From assembly GCF_003334255.1 (NCBI RefSeq), contig NZ_QOWU01000050.1: DNA of 42,065 nucleotides, one strand, 5' to 3'. Origin of the DNA: Escherichia coli. GTDB lineage: Bacteria > Pseudomonadota > Gammaproteobacteria > Enterobacterales > Enterobacteriaceae. This document shows, piece by piece, positions 10,040-19,487 of this stretch (position 1 is the first letter of the stretch; the number at the start of each line of letters is the position of its first letter). The translations under genes and the position numbers were made by a program. The notes under the pieces were generated by a model that worked only from the letters and a program-made list of their open reading frames with translations, searched no databases and was not told where the DNA came from.

Positions 10040-11800
10040 TTATTTTGCCCAGAATGCTGCTTTGGCGCGCTGCAGCTTTTCGTAGGCCTTCAACAACGAC
10101 TGATGTGCAGCAAACGCGTGCAGATCGCTATCTACCGGTTGCAGGCCGTAAAACGCCGCTTCGCCGCTCATTGCCGCACTGGCGGCTTCTACGGCATCTG
10201 CGCCGTACATGCGAACAAACGCATTCAGATATTGCAGCGGCTGGCGATCTTCTTCCTGTGCCAGTAATAACAACGTTTGCAGGCAGCGATAATAGTTGGC
10301 GCGTTCCGGACTAAATACTGATGAGTTAAACTCCATCGTCCATTCGGTCCAGACCAGAGCCTGTTCCAGATCGCCACCAGCCAGCGCCAGCATGGCTTTT
10401 AATTCACCGATACGCAGGGTGTACCAACCGTTATCCGACCCGGTCGCCAGACCCAACAGCTCACGCACGCGGGTAAAGTCATCAAAACCTTCTTCATCCA
10501 GTTGCTCGATGAGGTTCAGGTAATCTTCTTTTTCCCACTCGCTGCCTGGTAGCGAAAGAATCGTTTCACGTAAATGGCTGCCCATACTGTTATTCGCGAG
10601 CCACAGATCTTCAGCCGGATAAATATCGGACATGCCAGGCACGATAATACGGCAAGCATAAACGCCCAGATGCTCGTAATCGGCAATATAAACTTCTTTA
10701 TCTTCTTTGTTGAAGATAGCCATCAGTGTGGCGAACTCTTCTTCCGTGGTGCCGGAGAAATTCCAGTCCACAAACGGATAATCGGCATCCTGCTTGAACA
10801 GGTCCCAGGAGATTAAACCGCTGGAATCGATAAAGTGCGTTTCGAGGTTGGTATGTTCAGCGACTTCTTCATCATCGAAGGTTGGCGGAGTAAACACATC
10901 CAAATCTTTCAGGCCACGACCTTGCAGCAGCTCGGTCACGGTACGTTCCAGTGCTACGCCAAAATCAGGATGCGCACCGAAAGAGGCAAAGCAGGTACCG
11001 TTAGCAGGATTGAACAGTACCACGCAAATCACCGGATACTGGCCGCCAAGCGAACCGTCATAAGCGAAGATTGGGAAACCCTCCGCTTCCAGCGTTTCGA
11101 TGGCTTCAACTACTGCTGGGTAACGCGCCAGCACGTCTGCCGGGATCTCTGGCAGGCTGATGCTTTCAGCAATAATGCGGTTTTTCACGTAGCGTTCGAA
11201 AACTTCAGACAATCCCTGAACGCGTGCTTCGTTGCGGGTATTACCTGCGGACATACCGTTGGAGACGTACAGGTTACCAATGATATTCATCGGAATATAA
11301 ACGGTCTGATTGTCGGACTGACGCGTAAACGGCAGGCCGCAAATACCACGATCTTCGTTACCGGATTGTAGGTCAATCAGCATGCTGCCGGTCAGTTCAT
11401 TCTCCGGATCATAAAACGCGCGCAGACGGTCATCGAGCAGCCCTTCTGGCACATCGTCATTTTCGGTCAGTGGGAACCATTTTTCGTTGGGATAATGCAC
11501 GAACGGACCGTTGGCGATGGTTTCGCCCAGCCAGAAGTCCGCAAAAAAGTAGTTGGTTGAGAGACGCTCGAAATATTCACCGAGTGCAGAAGCCAGCGCC
11601 GCTTTCTTGGTTGCGCCTTTACCGTTGGTAAAACACAGTGCGCACTCTTTGTCGCGAATATGTACAGACCAGACGTTAGGCACGGGATTCAGCCAGGAGG
11701 CCTCTTCAATCTGAAAGCCGAGGTCTGAAAGTTTTTGCTGGAAGCGAGCGATGGAATCTTCCAGAGCGGCATCTTTGCCGGGGATAAATGTTTGCGTCAT
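10040..11800 (-). CDS. ycaO: YcaO-domain protein (ATP-dependent amide-activating family; ribosomal S12 methylthiolation accessory factor in E. coli)
   Basis: 586-aa ORF starting MTQTFIPGKDAALEDSIARFQQKL; matches YcaO. The TTG-initiated 11-codon extension in the ORF track is rejected. Confidence 0.9.
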   Translation of the reverse strand: MTQTFIPGKDAALEDSIARFQQKLSDLGFQIEEASWLNPVPNVWSVHIRDKECALCFTNGKGATKKAALASALGEYFERLSTNYFFADFWLGETIANGPFVHYPNEKWFPLTENDDVPEGLLDDRLRAFYDPENELTGSMLIDLQSGNEDRGICGLPFTRQSDNQTVYIPMNIIGNLYVSNGMSAGNTRNEARVQGLSEVFERYVKNRIIAESISLPEIPADVLARYPAVVEAIETLEAEGFPIFAYDGSLGGQYPVICVVLFNPANGTCFASFGAHPDFGVALERTVTELLQGRGLKDLDVFTPPTFDDEEVAEHTNLETHFIDSSGLISWDLFKQDADYPFVDWNFSGTTEEEFATLMAIFNKEDKEVYIADYEHLGVYACRIIVPGMSDIYPAEDLWLANNSMGSHLRETILSLPGSEWEKEDYLNLIEQLDEEGFDDFTRVRELLGLATGSDNGWYTLRIGELKAMLALAGGDLEQALVWTEWTMEFNSSVFSPERANYYRCLQTLLLLAQEEDRQPLQYLNAFVRMYGADAVEAASAAMSGEAAFYGLQPVDSDLHAFAAHQSLLKAYEKLQRAKAAFWAK

Positions 11801-11929
11801 GAAAATCACTTTAGTCGTACGGAAAGCGCGCAATAATACGGGTTTTATCTCAAAGGCGCTATCACCGCCGCCATGCCGATGAACTGTTGACTATGCTTTT
11901 AGCGGATAAACCACGTTAAGAGCATAAAA

Positions 11930-12622
11930 ATGAAGGCGTTCGATCTCCACCGTATGGCATTTGATAAAGTGCCTTTTGATTTCCTTGGCGAAGTTGCACT
12001 ACGTAGTCTTTATACCTTTGTACTGGTCTTTTTGTTCCTCAAAATGACCGGAAGACGCGGTGTGCGGCAGATGTCGCTGTTTGAAGTTTTAATCATTCTG
12101 ACGCTGGGATCAGCGGCGGGAGATGTGGCGTTTTATGATGATGTGCCGATGGTCCCGGTACTTATCGTCTTTATTACTCTGGCGTTGTTATACCGCCTGG
12201 TAATGTGGTTGATGGCGCACAGTGAAAAACTGGAAGATCTTCTGGAAGGCAAGCCAGTTGTCATTATTGAAGATGGCGAGCTGGCCTGGTCGAAACTCAA
12301 TAACTCCAACATGACGGAATTTGAGTTCTTTATGGAGCTACGATTGCGTGGCGTGGAGCAGCTGGGGCAGGTACGTCTGGCGATTCTCGAAACCAACGGG
12401 CAAATCAGTGTCTATTTCTTTGAAGATGACAAGGTGAAACCGGGTTTACTTATTTTACCCAGTGATTGTACGCAGCGTTACAAAGTGGTGCCGGAGTCGG
12501 CGGACTATGCCTGTATTCGTTGTAGTGAAATCATTCATATGAAAGCGGGGGAAAAACAATTATGTCCGCGCTGTGCAAATCCAGAATGGACGAAGGCAAG
12601 TCGGGCAAAACGGGTGACCTGA
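11930..12622 (+). CDS. ycaP: DUF421-family inner membrane protein YcaP
   Basis: 230-aa ORF with N-terminal transmembrane helices and a C-terminal soluble domain containing CxxC...CxxC (CIRCSE...CPRC); divergent from ycaO. Confidence 0.85.
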   Translation: MKAFDLHRMAFDKVPFDFLGEVALRSLYTFVLVFLFLKMTGRRGVRQMSLFEVLIILTLGSAAGDVAFYDDVPMVPVLIVFITLALLYRLVMWLMAHSEKLEDLLEGKPVVIIEDGELAWSKLNNSNMTEFEFFMELRLRGVEQLGQVRLAILETNGQISVYFFEDDKVKPGLLILPSDCTQRYKVVPESADYACIRCSEIIHMKAGEKQLCPRCANPEWTKASRAKRVT

Positions 12623-12668
12623 CAGTAAAAACATCGGCTTTTTGCTAATAATCCGAGAGATTCTTTTG

Positions 12669-12684
12669 TGTGATGCAAGCCACA
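12669..12684. promoter_or_regulatory. CRP-like site TGTGA-N6-CCACA upstream of serC
   Basis: 9/10 match to the CRP consensus TGTGA-N6-TCACA, about 140 bp upstream of the serC ATG; serC-aroA is reported to be CRP- and Lrp-regulated. Confidence 0.4.
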
Positions 12685-12820
12685 TTTTTGCCCTCAACGG
12701 TTTTACTCATTGCGATGTGTGTCACTGAATGATAAAACCGATAGCCACAGGAATAATGTATTACCTGTGGTCGCAATCGATTGACCGCGGGTTAATAGCA
12801 ACGCAACGTGGTGAGGGGAA

Positions 12821-13909
12821 ATGGCTCAAATCTTCAATTTTAGTTCTGGTCCGGCAATGCTACCGGCAGAGGTGCTTAAACAGGCTCAACAGGAACTGCG
12901 CGACTGGAACGGTCTTGGTACGTCGGTGATGGAAGTGAGTCACCGTGGCAAAGAGTTCATTCAGGTTGCAGAGGAAGCCGAGAAGGATTTTCGCGATCTT
13001 CTTAATGTCCCCTCCAACTACAAGGTATTATTCTGCCATGGCGGTGGTCGCGGTCAGTTTGCTGCGGTACCGCTGAATATTCTCGGTGATAAAACCACCG
13101 CAGATTATGTTGATGCCGGTTACTGGGCGGCAAGTGCCATTAAAGAAGCGAAAAAATACTGCACGCCTAATGTCTTTGACGCCAAAGTGACTGTTGATGG
13201 TCTGCGCGCGGTTAAGCCAATGCGTGAATGGCAACTCTCTGATAATGCGGCTTATATGCATTACTGCCCGAATGAAACCATCGACGGTATCGCCATCGAC
13301 GAGACGCCAGACTTCGGCAAAGATGTGGTGGTCGCCGCCGACTTCTCTTCAACCATTCTTTCCCGTCCGATTGACGTCAGCCGTTATGGTGTAATTTACG
13401 CTGGCGCGCAGAAAAATATCGGCCCGGCTGGCCTGACAATCGTCATCGTTCGTGAAGATTTGCTGGGCAAAGCGAATATCGCGTGTCCGTCGATTCTGGA
13501 TTATTCCATCCTCAACGATAACGGCTCCATGTTTAACACGCCGCCGACATTTGCCTGGTATCTATCTGGTCTGGTCTTTAAATGGCTGAAAGCGAACGGC
13601 GGTGTAGCTGAAATGGATAAAATCAATCAGCAAAAAGCAGAACTGCTATATGGGGTGATTGATAACAGCGATTTCTACCGCAATGACGTGGCGAAAGCTA
13701 ACCGTTCGCGGATGAACGTGCCGTTCCAGTTGGCGGACAGTGCGCTTGACAAATTGTTCCTTGAAGAGTCTTTTGCTGCTGGCCTTCATGCACTGAAAGG
13801 TCACCGTGTGGTCGGCGGAATGCGCGCGTCTATTTATAACGCCATGCCGCTGGAAGGCGTTAAAGCGCTGACAGACTTCATGGTTGAGTTCGAACGCCGT
13901 CACGGCTAA
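12821..13909 (+). CDS. serC: phosphoserine aminotransferase
   Basis: 362-aa ORF ([26 protein letters not shown]...), class-V aminotransferase with PLP-lysine context [12 protein letters not shown]; strong Shine-Dalgarno gaggg. Confidence 0.97.
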
Positions 13910-13928
13910 TGCCGAAATTTTGCTTAAT

Positions 13929-13957
13929 CCCCACAGCCAGCCTGTGGGGTTTTTATT
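13929..13957 (+). terminator. intercistronic terminator-like hairpin between serC and aroA (attenuator)
   Basis: ccccacag-ccagc-ctgtgggg followed by tttttatttct, 20 nt after the serC stop and before the aroA start; serC-aroA is a known mixed-function operon. Confidence 0.6.
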
Positions 13958-13979
13958 TCTGTTGTAGAGAGTTGAGTTC

Positions 13980-15263
13980 ATGGAATCCCTGACGTTACAA
14001 CCCATCGCTCGTGTCGATGGCACTATTAATCTGCCCGGTTCCAAGAGCGTTTCTAACCGCGCTTTATTGCTGGCGGCATTAGCACACGGCAAAACAGTAT
14101 TAACCAATCTGCTGGATAGCGATGACGTGCGCCATATGCTGAATGCATTAACAGCGTTAGGGGTAAGCTATACGCTTTCAGCCGATCGTACGCGTTGCGA
14201 AATTATCGGTAACGGCGGTCCATTACACGCAGAAGGTGCCCTGGAGTTGTTCCTCGGTAACGCCGGAACGGCAATGCGTCCGCTGGCGGCAGCTCTTTGT
14301 CTGGGTAGCAATGATATTGTGCTGACCGGTGAGCCGCGTATGAAAGAACGCCCGATTGGTCATCTGGTGGATGCTCTGCGCCTGGGCGGGGCGAAGATCA
14401 CTTACCTGGAACAAGAAAATTATCCGCCGTTGCGTTTACAGGGCGGCTTTACCGGCGGCAACGTTGACGTTGATGGCTCCGTTTCCAGCCAATTCCTCAC
14501 CGCACTGTTAATGACTGCGCCTCTTGCGCCGGAAGATACGGTGATTCGTATTAAAGGCGATCTGGTTTCTAAACCTTATATCGACATCACACTCAATCTG
14601 ATGAAGACGTTTGGTGTTGAAATTGAAAATCAGCACTATCAACAATTTGTCGTAAAAGGCGGGCAGTCTTATCAGTCTCCGGGTACTTATTTGGTCGAAG
14701 GCGATGCATCTTCGGCTTCTTACTTTCTGGCAGCAGCAGCAATCAAAGGCGGCACTGTAAAAGTGACCGGTATTGGACGTAACAGTATGCAGGGTGATAT
14801 TCGCTTTGCTGATGTGCTGGAAAAAATGGGCGCGACCATTTGCTGGGGCGATGATTATATTTCCTGCACGCGTGGTGAACTGAACGCTATTGATATGGAT
14901 ATGAACCATATTCCCGATGCGGCGATGACCATTGCCACGGCGGCGTTATTTGCAAAAGGCACCACCACGCTGCGCAATATCTATAACTGGCGTGTTAAAG
15001 AAACCGATCGCCTGTTTGCGATGGCAACAGAACTGCGTAAAGTCGGTGCGGAAGTAGAAGAGGGGCACGATTACATTCGTATCACTCCACCGGAAAAACT
15101 GAACTTTGCCGAGATCGCGACATACAATGATCACCGGATGGCGATGTGTTTCTCGCTGGTGGCGTTGTCAGATACACCAGTGACGATTCTTGATCCCAAA
15201 TGCACGGCCAAAACATTTCCGGATTATTTCGAGCAGCTGGCGCGGATTAGCCAGGCAGCCTGA
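13980..15263 (+). CDS. aroA: 3-phosphoshikimate 1-carboxyvinyltransferase (EPSP synthase)
   Basis: 427-aa ORF with the class I EPSPS motif [13 protein letters not shown]. Confidence 0.97.
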   Translation: MESLTLQPIARVDGTINLPGSKSVSNRALLLAALAHGKTVLTNLLDSDDVRHMLNALTALGVSYTLSADRTRCEIIGNGGPLHAEGALELFLGNAGTAMRPLAAALCLGSNDIVLTGEPRMKERPIGHLVDALRLGGAKITYLEQENYPPLRLQGGFTGGNVDVDGSVSSQFLTALLMTAPLAPEDTVIRIKGDLVSKPYIDITLNLMKTFGVEIENQHYQQFVVKGGQSYQSPGTYLVEGDASSASYFLAAAAIKGGTVKVTGIGRNSMQGDIRFADVLEKMGATICWGDDYISCTRGELNAIDMDMNHIPDAAMTIATAALFAKGTTTLRNIYNWRVKETDRLFAMATELRKVGAEVEEGHDYIRITPPEKLNFAEIATYNDHRMAMCFSLVALSDTPVTILDPKCTAKTFPDYFEQLARISQAA

Positions 15264-15302
15264 ATGAACAACGGGCAATAAATAGCCAAATCTTTCTTTA
15301 TC

Positions 15303-15333
15303 AAAACGTCGGCACATTGTCGGCGTTTTTTTT
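15303..15333 (+). terminator. intrinsic terminator downstream of aroA
   Basis: aaaacgucggc-acauu-gucggcguuuu stem (two G-U wobbles) followed by a run of 8 T. Confidence 0.55.
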
Positions 15334-15431
15334 CGGACCTTGTGAGTCATTTTGATTAATGGTAGCGTCGCTTGTCAATGTAAGTTGTTGATACATAATA
15401 TTTATATATGATTAATCAACGGATGATTCAC

Positions 15432-16196
15432 ATGAAGAATACTAAATTACTGCTGGCGATTGCGACCTCTGCAGCATTACTGACAGGGTGTCAAAATACC
15501 CACGGTATTGATACCAATATGGCTATCAGCTCCGGTTTAAATGCCTATAAAGCAGCAACATTAAGCGATGCCGATGCAAAAGCGATTGCCAATCAGGGCT
15601 GTGCCGAAATGGACAGCGGCAATCAAGTCGCAAGTAAATCCAGCAAGTACGGTAAACGTCTGGCAAAAATCGCCAAAGCATTGGGTAACAATATTAATGG
15701 CACGCCGGTCAACTATAAGGTTTATATGACCAGCGACGTCAACGCATGGGCGATGGCGAACGGCTGTGTTCGTGTCTACAGTGGCCTGATGGACATGATG
15801 AATGACAACGAAATTGAAGGCGTTCTGGGCCATGAACTGGGCCACGTCGCGTTGGGTCACTCGCTGGCTGAAATGAAAGCTTCTTATGCGATCGTTGCCG
15901 CACGCGATGCCATTTCAGCTACCAGCGGTGTGGCTTCCCAGCTTTCCCGCTCACAATTAGGTGATATCGCAGAAGGCGCTATCAATGCTAAATACTCCCG
16001 TGATAAAGAGTCCGAAGCAGATGATTTCTCCTTTGATCTGTTGAAGAAACGTGGCATCAGCACCCAGGGGCTGGTTGGCAGCTTTGAAAAACTGGCTAGC
16101 CTGGATGGCGGTCGCACCCAGTCCATGTTTGACTCTCACCCACCATCAACAGAGCGTGCGCAACACATCCGTGATCGTATCGCCTCTGGTAAGTAA
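15432..16196 (+). CDS. ycaL: M48-family zinc metalloprotease lipoprotein YcaL
   Basis: 254-aa ORF starting MKNTKLLLAIATSAALLTGC (lipoprotein signal with lipobox LTGC) and HExxH zinc motif (GHELGHVALGH). Confidence 0.85.
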   Translation: MKNTKLLLAIATSAALLTGCQNTHGIDTNMAISSGLNAYKAATLSDADAKAIANQGCAEMDSGNQVASKSSKYGKRLAKIAKALGNNINGTPVNYKVYMTSDVNAWAMANGCVRVYSGLMDMMNDNEIEGVLGHELGHVALGHSLAEMKASYAIVAARDAISATSGVASQLSRSQLGDIAEGAINAKYSRDKESEADDFSFDLLKKRGISTQGLVGSFEKLASLDGGRTQSMFDSHPPSTERAQHIRDRIASGK

Positions 16197-16294
16197 ATCA
16201 TTGTCATCTTTCGGGCTGGTCTTCTGCCAGCCCGCTATAATTGCGCAATAAATCCCCATCTGAATACAGACAAAACTGGTTTTTGCACACAACG

Positions 16295-16324
16295 TTAACG
16301 ATTTGTGGCGTCGGCGCGTATAAT
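16295..16324 (+). promoter_or_regulatory. candidate sigma70 promoter upstream of cmk (-35 TTAACG, 18-bp spacer, -10 TATAAT, GC-rich discriminator)
   Basis: Consensus -10 hexamer tataat at 16319-16324 followed by gcgcgcgg; -35-like ttaacg at 16295-16300. Confidence 0.45.
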
Positions 16325-16368
16325 GCGCGCGGTTATGTTAACGGTACGCCTGTTTTAAGGAGATAAAG

Positions 16369-17052
16369 ATGACGGCAATTGCCCCGGTTATTACCATTGA
16401 TGGCCCAAGCGGTGCAGGGAAAGGCACCTTGTGTAAGGCTATGGCGGAAGCGTTGCAATGGCATCTGCTGGACTCGGGTGCAATTTATCGCGTACTGGCA
16501 CTGGCGGCTTTACATCACCATGTTGATGTTGCATCGGAAGATGCGCTGGTGCCGCTGGCATCCCATCTGGATGTACGTTTTGTGTCGACCAATGGCAATC
16601 TGGAAGTGATCCTCGAAGGGGAAGATGTCAGCGGCGAAATTCGTACTCAGGAAGTGGCGAATGCAGCTTCACAAGTCGCGGCATTCCCACGCGTTCGTGA
16701 AGCATTATTGCGTCGCCAACGCGCGTTTCGCGAATTACCAGGCCTGATTGCCGATGGCCGCGACATGGGAACGGTGGTATTCCCTGATGCGCCAGTGAAA
16801 ATTTTCCTTGACGCCTCCTCGGAAGAACGTGCGCATCGCCGCATGCTACAGTTGCAGGAGAAGGGCTTTAGTGTTAACTTTGAGCGCCTTTTGGCCGAGA
16901 TCAAAGAACGCGACGACCGCGATCGTAACCGAGCGGTAGCGCCACTGGTTCCGGCAGCCGATGCTTTAGTGTTGGATTCCACCACCTTAAGCATTGAGCA
17001 AGTGATTGAAAAAGCGCTACAATACGCGCGCCAGAAATTGGCTCTCGCATAA
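16369..17052 (+). CDS. cmk: cytidylate kinase
   Basis: 227-aa ORF with P-loop GPSGAGKGT; aaggag Shine-Dalgarno. Confidence 0.95.
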
Positions 17053-17162
17053 GCGACCGAATTTGCAGTACCCCCGTTGCAATGGAATGACAGCGGGTAT
17101 GTTAAACAACCCCATCCGGCATGGAGCCAGGTGGACGTTAAATATAAACCTGAAGATTAAAC

Positions 17163-18836
17163 ATGACTGAATCTTTTGCTCAACTCTTTGAAGAGTCCTT
17201 AAAAGAAATCGAAACCCGCCCGGGTTCTATCGTTCGTGGCGTTGTTGTTGCTATCGACAAAGACGTAGTACTGGTTGACGCTGGTCTGAAATCTGAGTCC
17301 GCCATCCCGGCTGAGCAGTTCAAAAACGCCCAGGGCGAGCTGGAAATCCAGGTAGGTGACGAAGTTGACGTTGCTCTGGACGCAGTAGAAGACGGCTTCG
17401 GTGAAACTCTGCTGTCCCGTGAGAAAGCTAAACGTCACGAAGCCTGGATCACGCTGGAAAAAGCTTACGAAGATGCTGAAACTGTTACCGGTGTTATCAA
17501 CGGCAAAGTTAAGGGCGGCTTCACTGTTGAGCTGAACGGTATTCGTGCGTTCCTGCCAGGTTCTCTGGTAGACGTTCGTCCGGTGCGTGACACTCTGCAC
17601 CTGGAAGGCAAAGAGCTTGAATTTAAAGTAATCAAGCTGGATCAGAAGCGCAACAACGTTGTTGTTTCTCGTCGTGCCGTTATCGAATCCGAAAACAGCG
17701 CAGAGCGCGATCAGCTGCTGGAAAACCTGCAGGAAGGCATGGAAGTTAAAGGTATCGTTAAGAACCTCACTGACTACGGTGCATTCGTTGATCTGGGCGG
17801 CGTTGACGGCCTGCTGCACATCACTGACATGGCCTGGAAACGCGTTAAGCATCCGAGCGAAATCGTCAACGTGGGCGACGAAATCACTGTTAAAGTGCTG
17901 AAGTTCGACCGCGAACGTACCCGTGTATCCCTGGGCCTGAAACAGCTGGGCGAAGATCCGTGGGTAGCTATCGCTAAACGTTATCCGGAAGGTACCAAAC
18001 TGACTGGTCGCGTGACCAACCTGACCGACTACGGCTGCTTCGTTGAAATCGAAGAAGGCGTTGAAGGCCTGGTACACGTTTCCGAAATGGATTGGACCAA
18101 CAAAAACATCCACCCGTCCAAAGTTGTTAACGTTGGCGATGTAGTGGAAGTTATGGTTCTGGATATCGACGAAGAACGTCGTCGTATCTCCCTGGGTCTG
18201 AAACAGTGCAAAGCTAACCCGTGGCAGCAGTTCGCGGAAACCCACAACAAGGGCGACCGTGTTGAAGGTAAAATCAAGTCTATCACTGACTTCGGTATCT
18301 TCATCGGCCTGGACGGCGGCATCGACGGCCTGGTTCACCTGTCTGACATCTCCTGGAACGTTGCAGGCGAAGAAGCAGTTCGTGAATACAAAAAAGGCGA
18401 CGAAATCGCTGCAGTTGTTCTGCAGGTTGACGCAGAACGTGAACGTATCTCCCTGGGCGTTAAACAGCTCGCAGAAGATCCGTTCAACAACTGGGTTGCT
18501 CTGAACAAGAAAGGCGCTATCGTAACCGGTAAAGTAACTGCAGTTGACGCTAAAGGCGCAACCGTAGAACTGGCTGACGGCGTTGAAGGTTACCTGCGTG
18601 CTTCTGAAGCATCCCGTGACCGCGTTGAAGACGCTACCCTGGTTCTGAGCGTTGGCGACGAAGTTGAAGCTAAATTCACCGGCGTTGATCGTAAAAACCG
18701 CGCAATCAGCCTGTCTGTTCGTGCGAAAGACGAAGCTGACGAGAAAGATGCAATCGCAACTGTTAACAAACAGGAAGATGCAAACTTCTCCAACAACGCA
18801 ATGGCTGAAGCTTTCAAAGCAGCTAAAGGCGAGTAA
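17163..18836 (+). CDS. rpsA: 30S ribosomal protein S1
   Basis: 557-aa ORF, six tandem S1 (OB-fold) repeats visible as recurring DYGAFV/DFGIFI...GLLHI/GLVH motifs; strongly biased codon usage. Confidence 0.98.
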
Positions 18837-18844
18837 TTCTCTGA

Positions 18845-18876
18845 CTCTTCGGGATTTTTATTCCGAAGTTTGTTGA
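18845..18876 (+). terminator. intrinsic terminator downstream of rpsA
   Basis: cttcgg ... ccgaag stem followed by tttgttgagttt, 10 nt after the rpsA stop. Confidence 0.55.
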
Positions 18877-18882
18877 GTTTAC

Positions 18883-18911
18883 TTGACAGATTGCAGGTTT
18901 CGTCCTGTAAT
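18883..18911 (+). promoter_or_regulatory. sigma70 promoter for ihfB (-35 TTGACA, 17-bp spacer, -10 TGTAAT)
   Basis: Consensus -35 ttgaca at 18883-18888, exactly 17 bp, then tgtaat at 18906-18911, about 85 bp upstream of the ihfB ATG. Confidence 0.65.
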
Positions 18912-18995
18912 CAAGCACTAAGGGCGGCTACGGCCGCCCTTAATCAATGCAGCAACAGCAGCCGCTTAATTTGCCTTTAAGGAACCGGAGGAATC

Positions 18996-19280
18996 ATGAC
19001 CAAGTCAGAATTGATAGAAAGACTTGCCACCCAGCAATCGCACATTCCCGCCAAGACGGTTGAAGATGCAGTAAAAGAGATGCTGGAGCATATGGCCTCG
19101 ACTCTTGCGCAGGGCGAGCGTATTGAAATCCGCGGTTTCGGCAGTTTCTCTTTGCACTACCGCGCACCACGTACCGGACGTAATCCGAAGACTGGCGATA
19201 AAGTAGAACTGGAAGGAAAATACGTTCCTCACTTTAAACCTGGTAAAGAACTGCGCGATCGCGCCAATATTTACGGTTAA
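18996..19280 (+). CDS. ihfB: integration host factor subunit beta
   Basis: 94-aa ORF ([34 protein letters not shown]...), HU/IHF family; ggagg Shine-Dalgarno. Confidence 0.97.
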
Positions 19281-19306
19281 GTTTTTTACTCAAACTTGAA
19301 CGAGAG

Positions 19307-19330
19307 AAAAGCACCTGTCGGGTGCTTTTT
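19307..19330 (+). terminator. intrinsic terminator downstream of ihfB
   Basis: aagcacc-tgtc-gggtgctt hairpin followed by tttttt. Confidence 0.7.
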
Positions 19331-19487
19331 TCATTTCTCTAATCTGGAACTGGAAGCTGCCTCGCAGAGTTTTGAACAGTTTTCACCCTTTCGTTAAATT
19401 CTTCTGAATATGCCTCGGGGAACGCAAAATTCCCACCAGACAACCGCTCAACAAAGTTGCACACTTTCCATAAACAGGGAGGGGTGC

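Noticed and set aside
10835-11371. 178-aa plus-strand ORF (and smaller ones) antisense to ycaO; similar small ORFs antisense to ycaC, ycaM, aroA and ldtD.
   Set aside because: Each is internal to a well-supported gene on the other strand and lacks a ribosome-binding site or recognisable domain.
16213-16233. Hairpin gggctgg-N7-ccagccc downstream of ycaL as an intrinsic terminator.
   Set aside because: Perfect 7-bp stem but no U-tract on either strand; I treat it as an unassigned structure (possibly an RNA-stability element) rather than a terminator.
17199-18338. 379-aa ORF antisense to rpsA.
   Set aside because: Same reasoning: rpsA is unambiguous and highly codon-biased, and the antisense product has no recognisable features.
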